From a virus: 64,000 nucleotides of DNA. A model generated the notes under the pieces. It ran no database searches. It worked only from the letters and a program-made list of their open reading frames with translations, and was not told the DNA's origin. Where the stretch lies: positions 7,573-71,572 of IMG/VR virus record IMGVR_UViG_3300020439_002657. One strand, given 5' to 3'. Made by a program: the position numbers and the translations under genes. This document shows positions 36,063 through 45,775 of this stretch, one piece after another (the first letter of the stretch is position 1; each line of letters starts with the position of its first letter).

Positions 36063-37943
36063 GTGGCCGAGAATCTGTTCTCATTCGAACTCAGATCCCG
36101 AAAGGACAACGGACAGCCTTCCAGCGAAACCCTGGGAGAATATTTCCTGTTGAACGGGCCAGTCCGCTACTCCGAGCAATACAAATTTCGGGTCCGCACA
36201 ATGCCCACCTTCGGTCATCGCGGGTCCTCCACGGTGGATTACGGCCCGGACAATAACATACTTTCCCTGGAAGGCGAGTTTCACATTCACTTTCTGGCTC
36301 GACCGCCCCAGGGCTCCGAAGGTGGATCCTTCCTGGATCGTTTCGATGATGGAGAGGAAGGCCTGGGATTCGGCGATGTTACTGAAGGTGCCAAGTCAAT
36401 CTATGACGATGCAAAGGGGCTCGTAACAGATTACTCGGGAACCGCCAAGAGACTATATGATCGCTCCGTGGGATACATGGAAAGGGTCATTCCGGTACCG
36501 GGGATGGGGGGTCTCCGGTCCGGGGAGATGGAGTTCTTTGATTTCCTGGCAATCATGTCCGGGGTATGGGATGAGAAGATTCTCTATGAACCGGAGGATA
36601 AGCAGGCAGCCGCAATTCTCACAAAATTCAAGGAGAAGAAAGATCCGTTCAGCTATTCCAACTTTGCTTTAATGTTCCACGATTACGCAAGGCGGCGCCA
36701 TGTGGAAGTGGTAGTGCAGCCCGATGGTTTCAAGATTTCTCGAAGCACTCAGGATACGAACACTTACAAGTGGGAAATCGGATTGGTCGTCATACAGGAC
36801 GAAAAGGACACTGCTTTCGAGCTGCCCAACAAGCTCGAAAGGTACTTCAATGCAAATTTTGAAGCTGGAATCGGCGGGGTCATGCAGGACTTGAAGGACA
36901 TCGTCAACTTCCCGACAGAGCTATCAGGCCGGTTCCTCCGAATGTCGGGTGCCTTCAAGAACCTTTCCCGGATCGGAACCGAGCTTCAGAATTCGTGGGA
37001 TACGATGCGGGGAGTCTTTTCAAGCGATGGCCGACTGGCATCAAACAACTTCACCGAAGCGTTTGCCAACGTAGGGCGGAGCTTTCGGGAAGAGCCAGAG
37101 GAGCAAAATGCAATTCAGCAGGCCAATTCTGCGAGAGCCGAGTTCCAGCGCCGTCTCCGGGAAATGGCCCAGGAAATTCAGGCTGCCATGGATGAGCTCG
37201 GACTGATTACCGTTTCTCCCAACCAACCACTGGAATCCTATGCGGCAACCCCGGAATCAAACTTTGAATCGTTGATAGAAATACCGTACTATGAGCAACT
37301 GCTGGAGGCGAAATCAGCGGTGATTGATCTGGAGGCCTATATAAAGAAGGCCGCGACAGACAATCAGTACATCATCCACAAAGCCATAGGTGGAGACACC
37401 TGGGAATCGCTCGCAGAGAAGTACATGCAGGATCCTGATCTGGGTTCCGCACTGGCTGCTTATAATCGGAAGAGAAGGGGGCAGGGCATCGTAAGCGAAT
37501 CGATTAAGATTCCCTACGGGCATAACCTCCAGGTGTGGGCCTCCCAACCGGCCAGTCCGACGAATGCCGATATTGAACGGGGAGTCCTGGGGGAAGACCT
37601 GGCGCTGACGGACCAGAGGGACTTCGCCGTTGCTGCAAACGGAGATCTGGATGTGGTCGAGGGTGAGCCCGCGTTGATGAACAATGTGATCGACCAGATC
37701 GATACGCCGGAGGGTGGGCTTCCCATGTATCCTGATTTTGGCAACCCCGCAAAGATAGGGGAAGTCCAGGAGAATTTCTTCAAAGACCGTTACATAGACC
37801 GGCTCCTGGCAAAGATAGAGGCAGACCCCCGGATTCGGTCTACGCGAATAACCGGGATCCGCCAGGATGGGAACTCTCTCGTCTATCTTGTCGGGGTGAC
37901 CTCCATAAACGGCAATCGAACTTTCTTCCTGGAGGTCTTCTGA
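36063..37943 (+). CDS. Baseplate protein: tube-initiator-like + LysM-like + gp25-like domains
   Basis: GDTWESLAEKYM..PDL..ALAAYN...IKIP (LysM-like); GDLDVVEG...TPEGGLPMYPDFG...ADPRI (gp25-like). Confidence 0.75.
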   Translation: MAENLFSFELRSRKDNGQPSSETLGEYFLLNGPVRYSEQYKFRVRTMPTFGHRGSSTVDYGPDNNILSLEGEFHIHFLARPPQGSEGGSFLDRFDDGEEGLGFGDVTEGAKSIYDDAKGLVTDYSGTAKRLYDRSVGYMERVIPVPGMGGLRSGEMEFFDFLAIMSGVWDEKILYEPEDKQAAAILTKFKEKKDPFSYSNFALMFHDYARRRHVEVVVQPDGFKISRSTQDTNTYKWEIGLVVIQDEKDTAFELPNKLERYFNANFEAGIGGVMQDLKDIVNFPTELSGRFLRMSGAFKNLSRIGTELQNSWDTMRGVFSSDGRLASNNFTEAFANVGRSFREEPEEQNAIQQANSARAEFQRRLREMAQEIQAAMDELGLITVSPNQPLESYAATPESNFESLIEIPYYEQLLEAKSAVIDLEAYIKKAATDNQYIIHKAIGGDTWESLAEKYMQDPDLGSALAAYNRKRRGQGIVSESIKIPYGHNLQVWASQPASPTNADIERGVLGEDLALTDQRDFAVAANGDLDVVEGEPALMNNVIDQIDTPEGGLPMYPDFGNPAKIGEVQENFFKDRYIDRLLAKIEADPRIRSTRITGIRQDGNSLVYLVGVTSINGNRTFFLEVF

Positions 37944-38602
37944 TGGGTATGATCGACGAGCGTCCCATTGGAATAGGCCTCAAGGCGCTGGCCGCTCCAC
38001 TGACCCGTCGGGGCGCACCGGCGCTCTGGGGATACATCGATGAAGTGAAGAGTCGCTTCCGCTGCAATGTTCAGACCCTTTCGGGAGATTATCTGGAAAA
38101 CGTATTGCTCCCGGGTGGCTCGGTTATTGATGCGCAAGCCAAAGGCCGACTGGCCGAGTTCCGGAAGGGCCAGAGAGTCCTCATCGATTTCGTCGGGGGT
38201 TCCCCTGAAAACCCGGTGGTCGTGAACTGGTATCCTACACCTGGGCAGGAGAAGCATTCTAAGGATCTGGAGCAATTCGAGAAATCGCCGGACTCTGGAA
38301 CCTTTGCCGGACCCGGGGACAGCGAAGACTTCAGTGACTTTCATCCTTCTGGATGGAGTGTCCGTTACCAGGATGAAGAGTATATAATCAAAAAGGGAAC
38401 TGAGACAGTCTTTAAGATCGATTTCTCCAACGATGAAATTACAATCAAGACGGATAATGTGCGCATAGAGGGTGACCTGGATGTGACCGGCGAGGTCACC
38501 TGGAAGAAAGGCACTCCGGAAGAAATGCCTGCATCCAAACACGGGCACCTCAAAGCATCGTTCCCTGGCCCAGCTTCGAAGCCTATGCAGGTAGGACCGT
38601 AG
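37943..38602 (+). CDS. Baseplate spike (gpV-like)
   Basis: KGQRVLIDFVGGSPENPVV OB-fold, HPSG, IEGDLDVTGEV beta-helix, C-terminal HGH. Confidence 0.8.
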   Translation: MGMIDERPIGIGLKALAAPLTRRGAPALWGYIDEVKSRFRCNVQTLSGDYLENVLLPGGSVIDAQAKGRLAEFRKGQRVLIDFVGGSPENPVVVNWYPTPGQEKHSKDLEQFEKSPDSGTFAGPGDSEDFSDFHPSGWSVRYQDEEYIIKKGTETVFKIDFSNDEITIKTDNVRIEGDLDVTGEVTWKKGTPEEMPASKHGHLKASFPGPASKPMQVGP

Positions 38603-38617
38603 CAAAAGGAGGATCCA

Positions 38618-38836
38618 ATGGCAGACAAGGCGACCTTTGAATCTGAACTGAATGCCCTAATGAAGAGGGATGATATCGAGACCGTAGAACAATTCAACGC
38701 CGAATATGCAGCCATTGTAGAGCGGTTCATCAAGTCCGGGACGGTTACTGTCACGGTGAATGGCCAGACTGATGCGCATGCTGCTGGAGCTCCGGCAACA
38801 ATTACAGATCAGCCGGGGGAGGGGAGCTGGAGCTAA
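38618..38836 (+). CDS. Small protein after spike (possible spike tip)
   Basis: AAGGAGG SD; position. Confidence 0.6.
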   Translation: MADKATFESELNALMKRDDIETVEQFNAEYAAIVERFIKSGTVTVTVNGQTDAHAAGAPATITDQPGEGSWS

Positions 38837-38845
38837 CAAACAGAG

Positions 38846-39805
38846 TCATCGGTTCCGCTTCTTAGTGGTTTTCTTTTTGGTCGCTTCCTTAGGACGTTGC
38901 GTAGAATCCGTGAACGGCATTCTCTTCCAGAGTCGCGCTGCTATGCCGAGGACAGTCCGATACAAATCTCTCCCCTTCATCTTCACTCGTTCTTGGATAG
39001 CCTGAAGCCACAGGCGGAATTTTCCAAGCGGCAATTGAAAACCAGTGGCCTCTGCAGCCTGCTCTAAGGTGACAGCTTTGGCTTCAAACAAGCGAAGTAT
39101 CACAGCGGCGTTGGAAAAATCTGGGATTCGACTATAACCTGAGGAGATGCTTTGCAGAAAACTGCGGAGCTCAAACTGCGTGATAGTAGAAATCTTTTCG
39201 ACTGGTATAATGGTAGTGTTTGGCCCAGAAGGCCGTGGACTATGGAAGTACTGGACCCCCGCACCTTTGCCAGACTGCCTTCTCCCACTAAATATGACTT
39301 GAATGGCGATACTCGGACTGGGTTCGTCTGGATCGTCACCACCCGTAATAAATGTCCCAATGTAGACCTGGTTGTTTTCCGTTGTAACAATATAGGCTGC
39401 GTTCGGCTCAAGCAACTGCAACGGATCCCGATCCCCGGGCAAATGTTTGATACGAAAAAAGAAACGAATCAGGTCGGCGACGTGGCGTTGCTGCGAAAGA
39501 ACAATACTGATCTGAATGCAATAAGCAAGGCCAATGGCGACGAAGAATGAGCCTATATAGGAAGGGAGGTATGGTCGAGCACCAAATAATTCAGCTACGG
39601 TGTCCTGTGCAATAGAAACCAACTCCGGATATCGACTCTTAAGAACTGTGTATATAAGCCATCGCGAAATTGCGAAAGAAAGAGCTCCTAGCAGTCCGGC
39701 AAGGAGCAAATAGTCCCACCCCGTCTTGGTTCGGTCTCTACGAATGAATCGAAGGACCAAGAGGCATGTCACACCAGGAAGCCCGAGGGCGATTATTTCG
39801 TTCAT
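38846..39805 (-). CDS. Membrane protein, moron-like
   Basis: Three N-terminal hydrophobic segments, then a soluble domain (IVTTENNQVYIG); Lys-rich tail. Confidence 0.7.
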   Translation of the reverse strand: MNEIIALGLPGVTCLLVLRFIRRDRTKTGWDYLLLAGLLGALSFAISRWLIYTVLKSRYPELVSIAQDTVAELFGARPYLPSYIGSFFVAIGLAYCIQISIVLSQQRHVADLIRFFFRIKHLPGDRDPLQLLEPNAAYIVTTENNQVYIGTFITGGDDPDEPSPSIAIQVIFSGRRQSGKGAGVQYFHSPRPSGPNTTIIPVEKISTITQFELRSFLQSISSGYSRIPDFSNAAVILRLFEAKAVTLEQAAEATGFQLPLGKFRLWLQAIQERVKMKGRDLYRTVLGIAARLWKRMPFTDSTQRPKEATKKKTTKKRNR

Positions 39806-40113
39806 CCACTTTTCATTTCAGCCGCGACTTTCTTCCTGGCCTTAGAAGTCGTTGTATCGGAATGGTGCTGAGCTTTTTCGAAAGAATTCGCCATGAGTTC
39901 TGCAAGAGCTTCAGTATCCTTGATTTGGTGTTCGTCCAGATACCGTTGAATGTCCTTTTCAATTTCGGACGCACGGGATTTCGCAATAGCTTCCCTCATA
40001 GAATTAAATGCTAGGTGCTGGGACTCTTGGACGGAATGCGCCAAGCCCCGGACAGCTCGTATTATTTCTTTTAGCTCAATCATCGTACCCTCCGTTTTCC
40101 ACCACCTTACCAA
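39802..40113 (-). CDS. Hypothetical protein coupled to the membrane protein
   Basis: ATGA overlap with 38846..39805; GGAGG SD before internal MIELK. Confidence 0.55.
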   Translation of the reverse strand: MVRWWKTEGTMIELKEIIRAVRGLAHSVQESQHLAFNSMREAIAKSRASEIEKDIQRYLDEHQIKDTEALAELMANSFEKAQHHSDTTTSKARKKVAAEMKSG

Positions 40114-40395
40114 GGTAGCCTACAACTGAGACATTCCGCAAGGACAAAAGCTCTAATGGCCGAAAAGGTGCCGACGGGCCTTTCCGCAAGAAGCCCACAG
40201 GCACCCCTGCTACTGAAGCATTGACTCCCGATAATGCTAATTATGTCTCATTTCTATTGATACGGAGCGTACATCCACCAGAAATCAAAGGGTTTGGCCT
40301 GAATCTCCCAGAAAAAGACCTCACAGTTGGCAAATTCGGAAATTTTCCCGAATTTTTTAATTGCAATTCTCGGAAGAAATCCTCCGGTTGAATTC

Positions 40396-41004
40396 ATGCA
40401 GACCGCTCTTACGCTCAACGAAGCCATGAAGATTATCAAGGAGGATGTCAGCCCAACGCTTTGTCGAGAGCTTTCGACGCGCTTGAGCCAAATCTACCTT
40501 GATCGGCAACAGGCTGCCCACGAGCGGAGAGAGGCTAATCTACCGTACAACGCAATATGGCTGGAACATCATGACCGGGCACAGAGAGCCTTCCAAATTG
40601 CCCTCAAAGCGGGCGGCTACAAAACCGAGCACTCATCAAATGGTAACTTATGGAACTACGTCTATGGAAAGGGATCGGAAACTAGAATTATGCTGCATTT
40701 CTCTTCTCGCCGAAATCAGACTCTACGGTTTTTCGGCGTCCACCGAGCGGAACCCTTATTCAGCCCCGATGACATCTATTTTGAAGGCCTACTGCCTGTA
40801 GTTCTGAATGCTGTTCCCCAGAAAAGCGGATATTTGCGCGTCGAACCGTCCCTTTATGACCTGGAATCTGGACAGTTTTTAGGCATCCACACCAAATCTG
40901 TGGAGTCCCTCCGGCCTCGTTACTTGGAAGCAACATCGAGTACCCTCACACCTGCACCCAAACTGAAGTCCCGTGAAGCAGAGGAGGATGTTAGTGCGAC
41001 CTGA
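40396..41004 (+). CDS. Hypothetical protein (candidate toxin partner of HTH-ImmA)
   Basis: Overlaps the start of the HTH-peptidase gene; start uncertain. Confidence 0.6.
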   Translation: MQTALTLNEAMKIIKEDVSPTLCRELSTRLSQIYLDRQQAAHERREANLPYNAIWLEHHDRAQRAFQIALKAGGYKTEHSSNGNLWNYVYGKGSETRIMLHFSSRRNQTLRFFGVHRAEPLFSPDDIYFEGLLPVVLNAVPQKSGYLRVEPSLYDLESGQFLGIHTKSVESLRPRYLEATSSTLTPAPKLKSREAEEDVSAT

Positions 41005-42142
41005 GTTTTCTCGGGAAAGACTGACTGCAATTCGAGAAGCCAGGGGGTTAACAATGGCCGAAATTGGACGGCGCCTCGGCGTCTCCCCTACGGCTGTACA
41101 GTCATGGGAAACTGGAAAGGCCGCGCCTACTGTATTGAACGTCAACGAACTCGGCCAAATCCTGGGCGTCTCCAGTCGTTACTTTTTTCAAAATGATTCT
41201 CCCCGAGGCCCTGTCCCCGGCAAAGACCTGATCTTTTTCAGAAGTCTGGCAGATCTACCCGCCAAACTGAAAAAGCAAGCAACGAGGCGGGTGCAGTGGC
41301 TCCAGCAAATCTTTAGCCTAATAGAGGAGCATGTAGACTTTCCTGACCACAAGGCCTGGGAAGAGTTCGATGGAACCCGGATAGACTATTCCAAAAGGGA
41401 GATTGAAGTAATGGCCGCACAGGCGCGGCGCATTCTCGGTCTCAACAATGAAAGCCCGATTCTGAACCTTGTCGACTCGATTGAGAAATCAGGGATCGTC
41501 GTTGCCCAGATGGCAATCGCCAACACAGTCGATGCCTTCTCTTACTGGCCGAAGGAAGGTCGTCCATACATTCTCCTCGACTCCATCAAAGACTCTCCAG
41601 GCAGACTCCGTTTCAATGCTGCCCACGAACTCGGTCATATGGTCCTGCATCGGCAAGTTCGCGAAAAAGACCTAAATAGGAAACTTTTTCGTGAAATCGA
41701 ACGCCAGGCGGATATGTTTGCAGCCTCACTGCTGATGCCATCAGAAACTTTCGCGGAACGGGTTCAGTATTTCGGGACCCGATTGGAAGACCTCATGGAC
41801 CTTAAACGAGAATGGCGGGTGTCAATGATGGCCGTGGTCCACCGGATGAAGGACCTGGAACTGATCGGTTCTCTGGAAGCCCAGGGATTGTACAAGAAGA
41901 TGTCCAGAATGGGTTTCCGTCGATCAGAGCCCGGGGACGAGTATGTCCCGTATGAAGAGCCCTCATTCCTTCCTCAAGCCTTTGATCTTCTGGAGAGCAG
42001 CAACAAAGCTTTCAAGGAATTCATTCGCATAAAAATGGGCCTCCCCGATTCGGATTTGGACTCACTCATTGGTGCCAAGGTATTCCAAAAAACGGAGAGG
42101 ATTACTCAAAACCGCGGGCCAAACGTGGTAGACCTCTTCTAA
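40988..42142 (+). CDS. XRE-HTH + ImmA/IrrE (M78) metallopeptidase
   Basis: REARGLTMAEIGRRLGVSPTAVQSWETG HTH; RFNAAHELGH, ERQADMFAASLLMP. Confidence 0.95.
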   Translation: MLVRPEFSRERLTAIREARGLTMAEIGRRLGVSPTAVQSWETGKAAPTVLNVNELGQILGVSSRYFFQNDSPRGPVPGKDLIFFRSLADLPAKLKKQATRRVQWLQQIFSLIEEHVDFPDHKAWEEFDGTRIDYSKREIEVMAAQARRILGLNNESPILNLVDSIEKSGIVVAQMAIANTVDAFSYWPKEGRPYILLDSIKDSPGRLRFNAAHELGHMVLHRQVREKDLNRKLFREIERQADMFAASLLMPSETFAERVQYFGTRLEDLMDLKREWRVSMMAVVHRMKDLELIGSLEAQGLYKKMSRMGFRRSEPGDEYVPYEEPSFLPQAFDLLESSNKAFKEFIRIKMGLPDSDLDSLIGAKVFQKTERITQNRGPNVVDLF

Positions 42143-42406
42143 TGAGAGAAGAGGTCTACCACAATCCCAGCAGGCTCCGGGCGAATTCGAGCACCCCTTT
42201 GCTTTTCTCCGCTTCCCGTCCGTTTTCCGATTCCCTGGCGGTTTCCTCCTCCAATTCTTCCAGTAATGCAATAAGTTGGTCCATTTTCCCTGCGTAGTGG
42301 TCTAAGTCCATGGAGCGCCCTCTCTTTATCTGATCGGCACATCGTAGGATCCGAGAGAGACACTACACAAACGTTTACACACGTTTTCCACAACTTTTCG
42401 AAGACT

Positions 42407-42440
42407 TTGACCGATTGCCTTACGCTGTGAAAGGTAAAGA
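42407..42440 (+). promoter_or_regulatory. Possible late-promoter copy before a 23-codon ORF (42441..42512)
   Basis: TTGACC gattgccttacgctgtg AAAGGT aaaga ATG. Confidence 0.4.
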
Positions 42441-42484
42441 ATGCAAGCTCTCGTCTCAGAGCTTCGAGGGAAAGGGGTAAAAGG

Positions 42485-42754
42485 ATGGAGTCCAAGGACT
42501 TTACTGTCATAAAAATAGATTCCGGGAATGTTCAAACAAAATATAGAATCAAAACTGTACTGCGAGATGCGTCGGTTTTTTTACATTTTTCCCATGATAT
42601 AGATACTCCCGACTGGCATACGGATCATTCTGAAATCATAGAGAGCATCCATTCGCTGGCCAGATTGCTACTGGCTAACAGTGATACCTGCCCTTTATGT
42701 GGTCATGATAGTAACCGCCCTTCGAGACGGCATCACGAAGACCATGGTATATAG
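42485..42754 (+). CDS. Hypothetical protein (CxxC near C-terminus)
   Basis: ORF with purine-rich upstream sequence; CPLCGH. Confidence 0.45.
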   Translation: MESKDFTVIKIDSGNVQTKYRIKTVLRDASVFLHFSHDIDTPDWHTDHSEIIESIHSLARLLLANSDTCPLCGHDSNRPSRRHHEDHGI

Positions 42755-42875
42755 CCGGTGGCACATTGCAGAAAGTGAATGTCTTTCCCTCCTTAAAGGT
42801 TATTTTCATGATTCTGGTGGCTTCATCATATCCGGCAGCCTTTATGGCCTTTGAGTCAAACGATATCATTTCCAT
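42675..42875 (-). CDS. KTSC domain protein
   Basis: SKAIKAAGYD...ITFKEG...NVP..Y..L..A.SKGGYY..IKGRY. Confidence 0.9.
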   Translation of the reverse strand: MEMISFDSKAIKAAGYDEATRIMKITFKEGKTFTFCNVPPAIYHGLRDAVSKGGYYHDHIKGRYHC

Positions 42876-42918
42876 ACCATGATTATCGGCCGGGATGGCC
42901 TAATCTATCCGTCCTCGC

Positions 42919-43329
42919 TCACCCCTCTCCCAGATTGAACAAGTCCCGGGCCATATTGAGCCATCGCTCCTGTTTTTCCGGAGGCAGCCGCGCCACACGC
43001 TTAAGAGCCTCCATGAAATCAGGCTTCATCTGGGCAAGAACCTGGAATTCCGGATCGAATTGGTTCAGCCAGTAGTCCTCCGGCACCCAGAACGGGTGCT
43101 TCTCAGGATCCTCAAACCAGAAAATATTGAACCGGTATCCTGGTCGGCGGAGTCGCTCTACGCAGCGCATCTTGTATTCGGCCAGAATCGCCTTTTTCCC
43201 AGACTTCACATGAGATATATGCGCTCGATTGAAACTCAGTGCATCAGCCAGCTCGGCGTATTTCATCCCTGTTTCTGTCAAAATCCGTTCTTGTAACTCA
43301 GAATCTGTCAAAAAGTTGTCCTCCGACAA
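42919..43329 (-). CDS. Phage repressor (cI-like XRE HTH)
   Basis: MKYAELADALSFNRAHISHVKSGKK HTH; divergent from the early operon. Confidence 0.75.
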   Translation of the reverse strand: MSEDNFLTDSELQERILTETGMKYAELADALSFNRAHISHVKSGKKAILAEYKMRCVERLRRPGYRFNIFWFEDPEKHPFWVPEDYWLNQFDPEFQVLAQMKPDFMEALKRVARLPPEKQERWLNMARDLFNLGEG

Positions 43330-43381
43330 TTTTTAGCTTGAAATTGTGCCCCCTGGCACTATCTGTTGTCTACAGACAACA
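43316..43381. promoter_or_regulatory. Two palindromic operators TTGTC-N4-GACAA
   Basis: TTGTC ctcc GACAA at 43316-43329; TGTTGTC taca GACAACA at 43364-43381, between divergent regulators. Confidence 0.75.
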
Positions 43382-43403
43382 TCGACCGAATCAGGGCAAT
43401 ACC

Positions 43404-43661
43404 ATGAGCAAAAATAAAACACAAGCAGAAATCATTTCGGGAAATGAAGTCAAGGCCCGAATAATCCGGGAACATGGGACCATACGGCCATGGTGCCGCA
43501 AGCACAACCTGCGCAATCCAATCCTGACGAGGCTCTTCTATCGGCGGCCAAAATACGCATTCAAAGGTACCGAAACCTACCGCGCGATCCGAGCCCTCGA
43601 AGCTGACTTCGGCATCACTCCGTCCGACCTCGGAATCCAGGTTCTGGAGGTGGAGCGGTGA
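43404..43661 (+). CDS. Cro/Ner-like regulator
   Basis: First gene of the early operon, basic, VKARIIREHGTIRPWCRKHNL. Confidence 0.55.
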   Translation: MSKNKTQAEIISGNEVKARIIREHGTIRPWCRKHNLRNPILTRLFYRRPKYAFKGTETYRAIRALEADFGITPSDLGIQVLEVER

Positions 43662-43897
43662 GCGAGTCGCGCAAGAGAATCGAGGAGTTCGCTCAGATCT
43701 ATGGACTGAGCCTGGAGCAGGCCGAAAAGCTCATTTTCTGCGGCCAGGTAATTCGAGAAGGCTTCCCCTCTAATCTTCGGGGATCCGGGGATCAAAAATC
43801 GCATTCTCAAGAAGGCGAATGTGATAATCCATCAGGTCCATATAATCCTGAGGGGAATCCTGACACAGATCCGACAGACGGTGGTTCAGAATCGTGA
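43658..43897 (+). CDS. Hypothetical protein
   Basis: GTGA overlap, SD. Confidence 0.5.
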   Translation: MSESRKRIEEFAQIYGLSLEQAEKLIFCGQVIREGFPSNLRGSGDQKSHSQEGECDNPSGPYNPEGNPDTDPTDGGSES

Positions 43898-44150
43898 TGA
43901 ACTTCCAGAACTTTTCCTGCACCTCGCCTGGATTTGGCGGCCCGTCCTCTTTCTTCGGCAAGTCTCCGATCCATTCGTTCCGTAGTTTTTCAACTTCGGC
44001 AGCTATCCTTTCATTCATGCAGCCAATATCGGAGCACAACACAATGGAATTCAAGGAGGTAGAGCGGTGAAACTGGCCGAAGAGTTCTACCTGGCCAACG
44101 CGGTCCTGAGCCGGGATCCAGAAGCGATTCGGGATCACATCGAGCATCAC
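43770..44150 (-). CDS. Hypothetical protein antisense within the early operon (true start probably MNERIA)
   Basis: Helical protein-like C-terminal 80 aa filling the 43898-44066 gap. Confidence 0.4.
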   Translation of the reverse strand: MMLDVIPNRFWIPAQDRVGQVELFGQFHRSTSLNSIVLCSDIGCMNERIAAEVEKLRNEWIGDLPKKEDGPPNPGEVQEKFWKFITILNHRLSDLCQDSPQDYMDLMDYHIRLLENAIFDPRIPED

Positions 44151-44339
44151 TACCCGACCCGGTCATGGATTGAATACATTCCAGAGAAGCCGAGCACCCC
44201 TATCGTCGGCATAGATTCACCTTCAGTCTGGGAAGATGAGCAATTCCAGGAGCTTGTAGACTGCGTTCAGGGCCATGCCCGGGCTAACGGAGTCGATATC
44301 GCAGTCTGCCTTATTCAACCACAGGAGGTAGCGCGATGA
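44067..44339 (+). CDS. Hypothetical protein
   Basis: AAGGAGG SD; coupled to next gene. Confidence 0.6.
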   Translation: MKLAEEFYLANAVLSRDPEAIRDHIEHHYPTRSWIEYIPEKPSTPIVGIDSPSVWEDEQFQELVDCVQGHARANGVDIAVCLIQPQEVAR

Positions 44340-45076
44340 GCAGTCAGAGAACCCTGACTCTGGTGCAGCCAGAGCAGAAACCGCATGTTTTCGATTTCGG
44401 AGGCCATTCTGTCCGGTTGGTAATCCGGGATGGTGAGCCCTGGTGGGTTGCGGCTGATGTCTGTAAAGCACTCGGCCTGTCCCAGGTTAGCAGGGCAATG
44501 GACCGTCTCGATGCGGATGAAAGGGGGTTATTAAAAGTAACCCACCCCCAAAATGCCAGTCTGACGATTCAGGTGAACTGCATAAATGAGCCGGGACTCT
44601 ACCAGTTAATCATATCTTCCAACAAATCGCAGGCGCGCGCTTTCAAGCGCTGGGTGACCCACGAAGTTCTCCCTCAGATCCGCAAGACAGGCGGGTATCA
44701 GGTTCCTCAATCGTTCGCCGATGCCCTGCAGCTCGCAGCGGATTTCCAGCGTAAGATCGAGCAACAGCAACCGAAGGTTGAGTTTTACGATGCCATCATA
44801 GATTCCATAGACACCCTTCTCATCGGCGACGTGGCCAAAAACCTTCAGGTGCCGGGCCTGGGGCCAAACAAGCTCTTCCAGTTCCTGCGGGAACAAAAAG
44901 TCCTGAAGTCCGACAACCTCCCCTACCAGCAGTATATCGAACTCGGATGGTTCCGAGTCGTGGAGCAGCAATACCCGAAGAAGGACGGTGAAACCGGAGT
45001 CACCTATCGAACCAGAGTCTACCAGCGAGGCGTCGACGGAATACGAAAACTCCTAAAACGGGAGGGCCTACTATGA
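44336..45076 (+). CDS. Antirepressor (BRO-N + KilA-C/ANT)
   Basis: DGEPWWVAADVCKALG, INEPGLYQLI..SNK..A..FKRWVTHEVLPQIRKTGGY, PKVEFYD, NLPYQQYI..GWF. Confidence 0.95.
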   Translation: MSSQRTLTLVQPEQKPHVFDFGGHSVRLVIRDGEPWWVAADVCKALGLSQVSRAMDRLDADERGLLKVTHPQNASLTIQVNCINEPGLYQLIISSNKSQARAFKRWVTHEVLPQIRKTGGYQVPQSFADALQLAADFQRKIEQQQPKVEFYDAIIDSIDTLLIGDVAKNLQVPGLGPNKLFQFLREQKVLKSDNLPYQQYIELGWFRVVEQQYPKKDGETGVTYRTRVYQRGVDGIRKLLKREGLL

Positions 45077-45438
45077 GTGCCCGGACCCTGCTTGGACTTG
45101 AAGGAAACCTGGAAGCCGAAGAAGAGAACATGGCTTCGTCGCCACTCTATCTGGAATATCAGGAAGGTCTGCAGCTATCCCCTGCTCTTGCAGAACGCAT
45201 GCGCCCGGAAATCAAGCGATATGGCCAGATCGTAAGGCCGGAGCACACCACACTCTGGCTGGAATACCTGGCCATGATCGGAATTTTCGCACCGGACTAC
45301 ATCCTGCAGGTTCTGGATAACAGCAGGGAACGGCTGGAATCCAAGCACCCGGGCCTATTCTACATCGTGACCGCATCACTGGTTTCGATCCACCACCGTC
45401 GTTACGGCGACGATGAACCGGAGGCCTGCAATGCATAA
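45073..45438 (+). CDS. Hypothetical protein
   Basis: ATGA overlap chain, SD. Confidence 0.6.
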   Translation: MSARTLLGLEGNLEAEEENMASSPLYLEYQEGLQLSPALAERMRPEIKRYGQIVRPEHTTLWLEYLAMIGIFAPDYILQVLDNSRERLESKHPGLFYIVTASLVSIHHRRYGDDEPEACNA

Positions 45439-45775
45439 AGCACTGGCCACCCAGCACGATCGGGCACATGAGAAGGCCCTTGGTGCCCTGGACAAATGGA
45501 CTCGCGCCTATCTTGCCCGAGAGGACTGCAGCCATTGCTACCACTGCCCGCATGTCCGGCTGGAGCATCACATCCACGATGCCTATATCTCGATCCAGTG
45601 TCACCACCCAACGGTCCTCGCACAGGTCCGATTCGGAGTGATCGATTCGGTGCTGGAGCATGACCCGGCAAGCGAATGCCCTATTCTACCGCTACAAGAT
45701 CAGGAGAGCTACAGAAGCAAAACGCTCAATGCCATCGAGTCAAAGGAGGGAAACCATGATCGTAACGAGCACTGA
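45431..45775 (+). CDS. Cys/His-rich hypothetical protein
   Basis: GGAGG SD; CxxCxxC motif. Confidence 0.6.
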   Translation: MHKALATQHDRAHEKALGALDKWTRAYLAREDCSHCYHCPHVRLEHHIHDAYISIQCHHPTVLAQVRFGVIDSVLEHDPASECPILPLQDQESYRSKTLNAIESKEGNHDRNEH

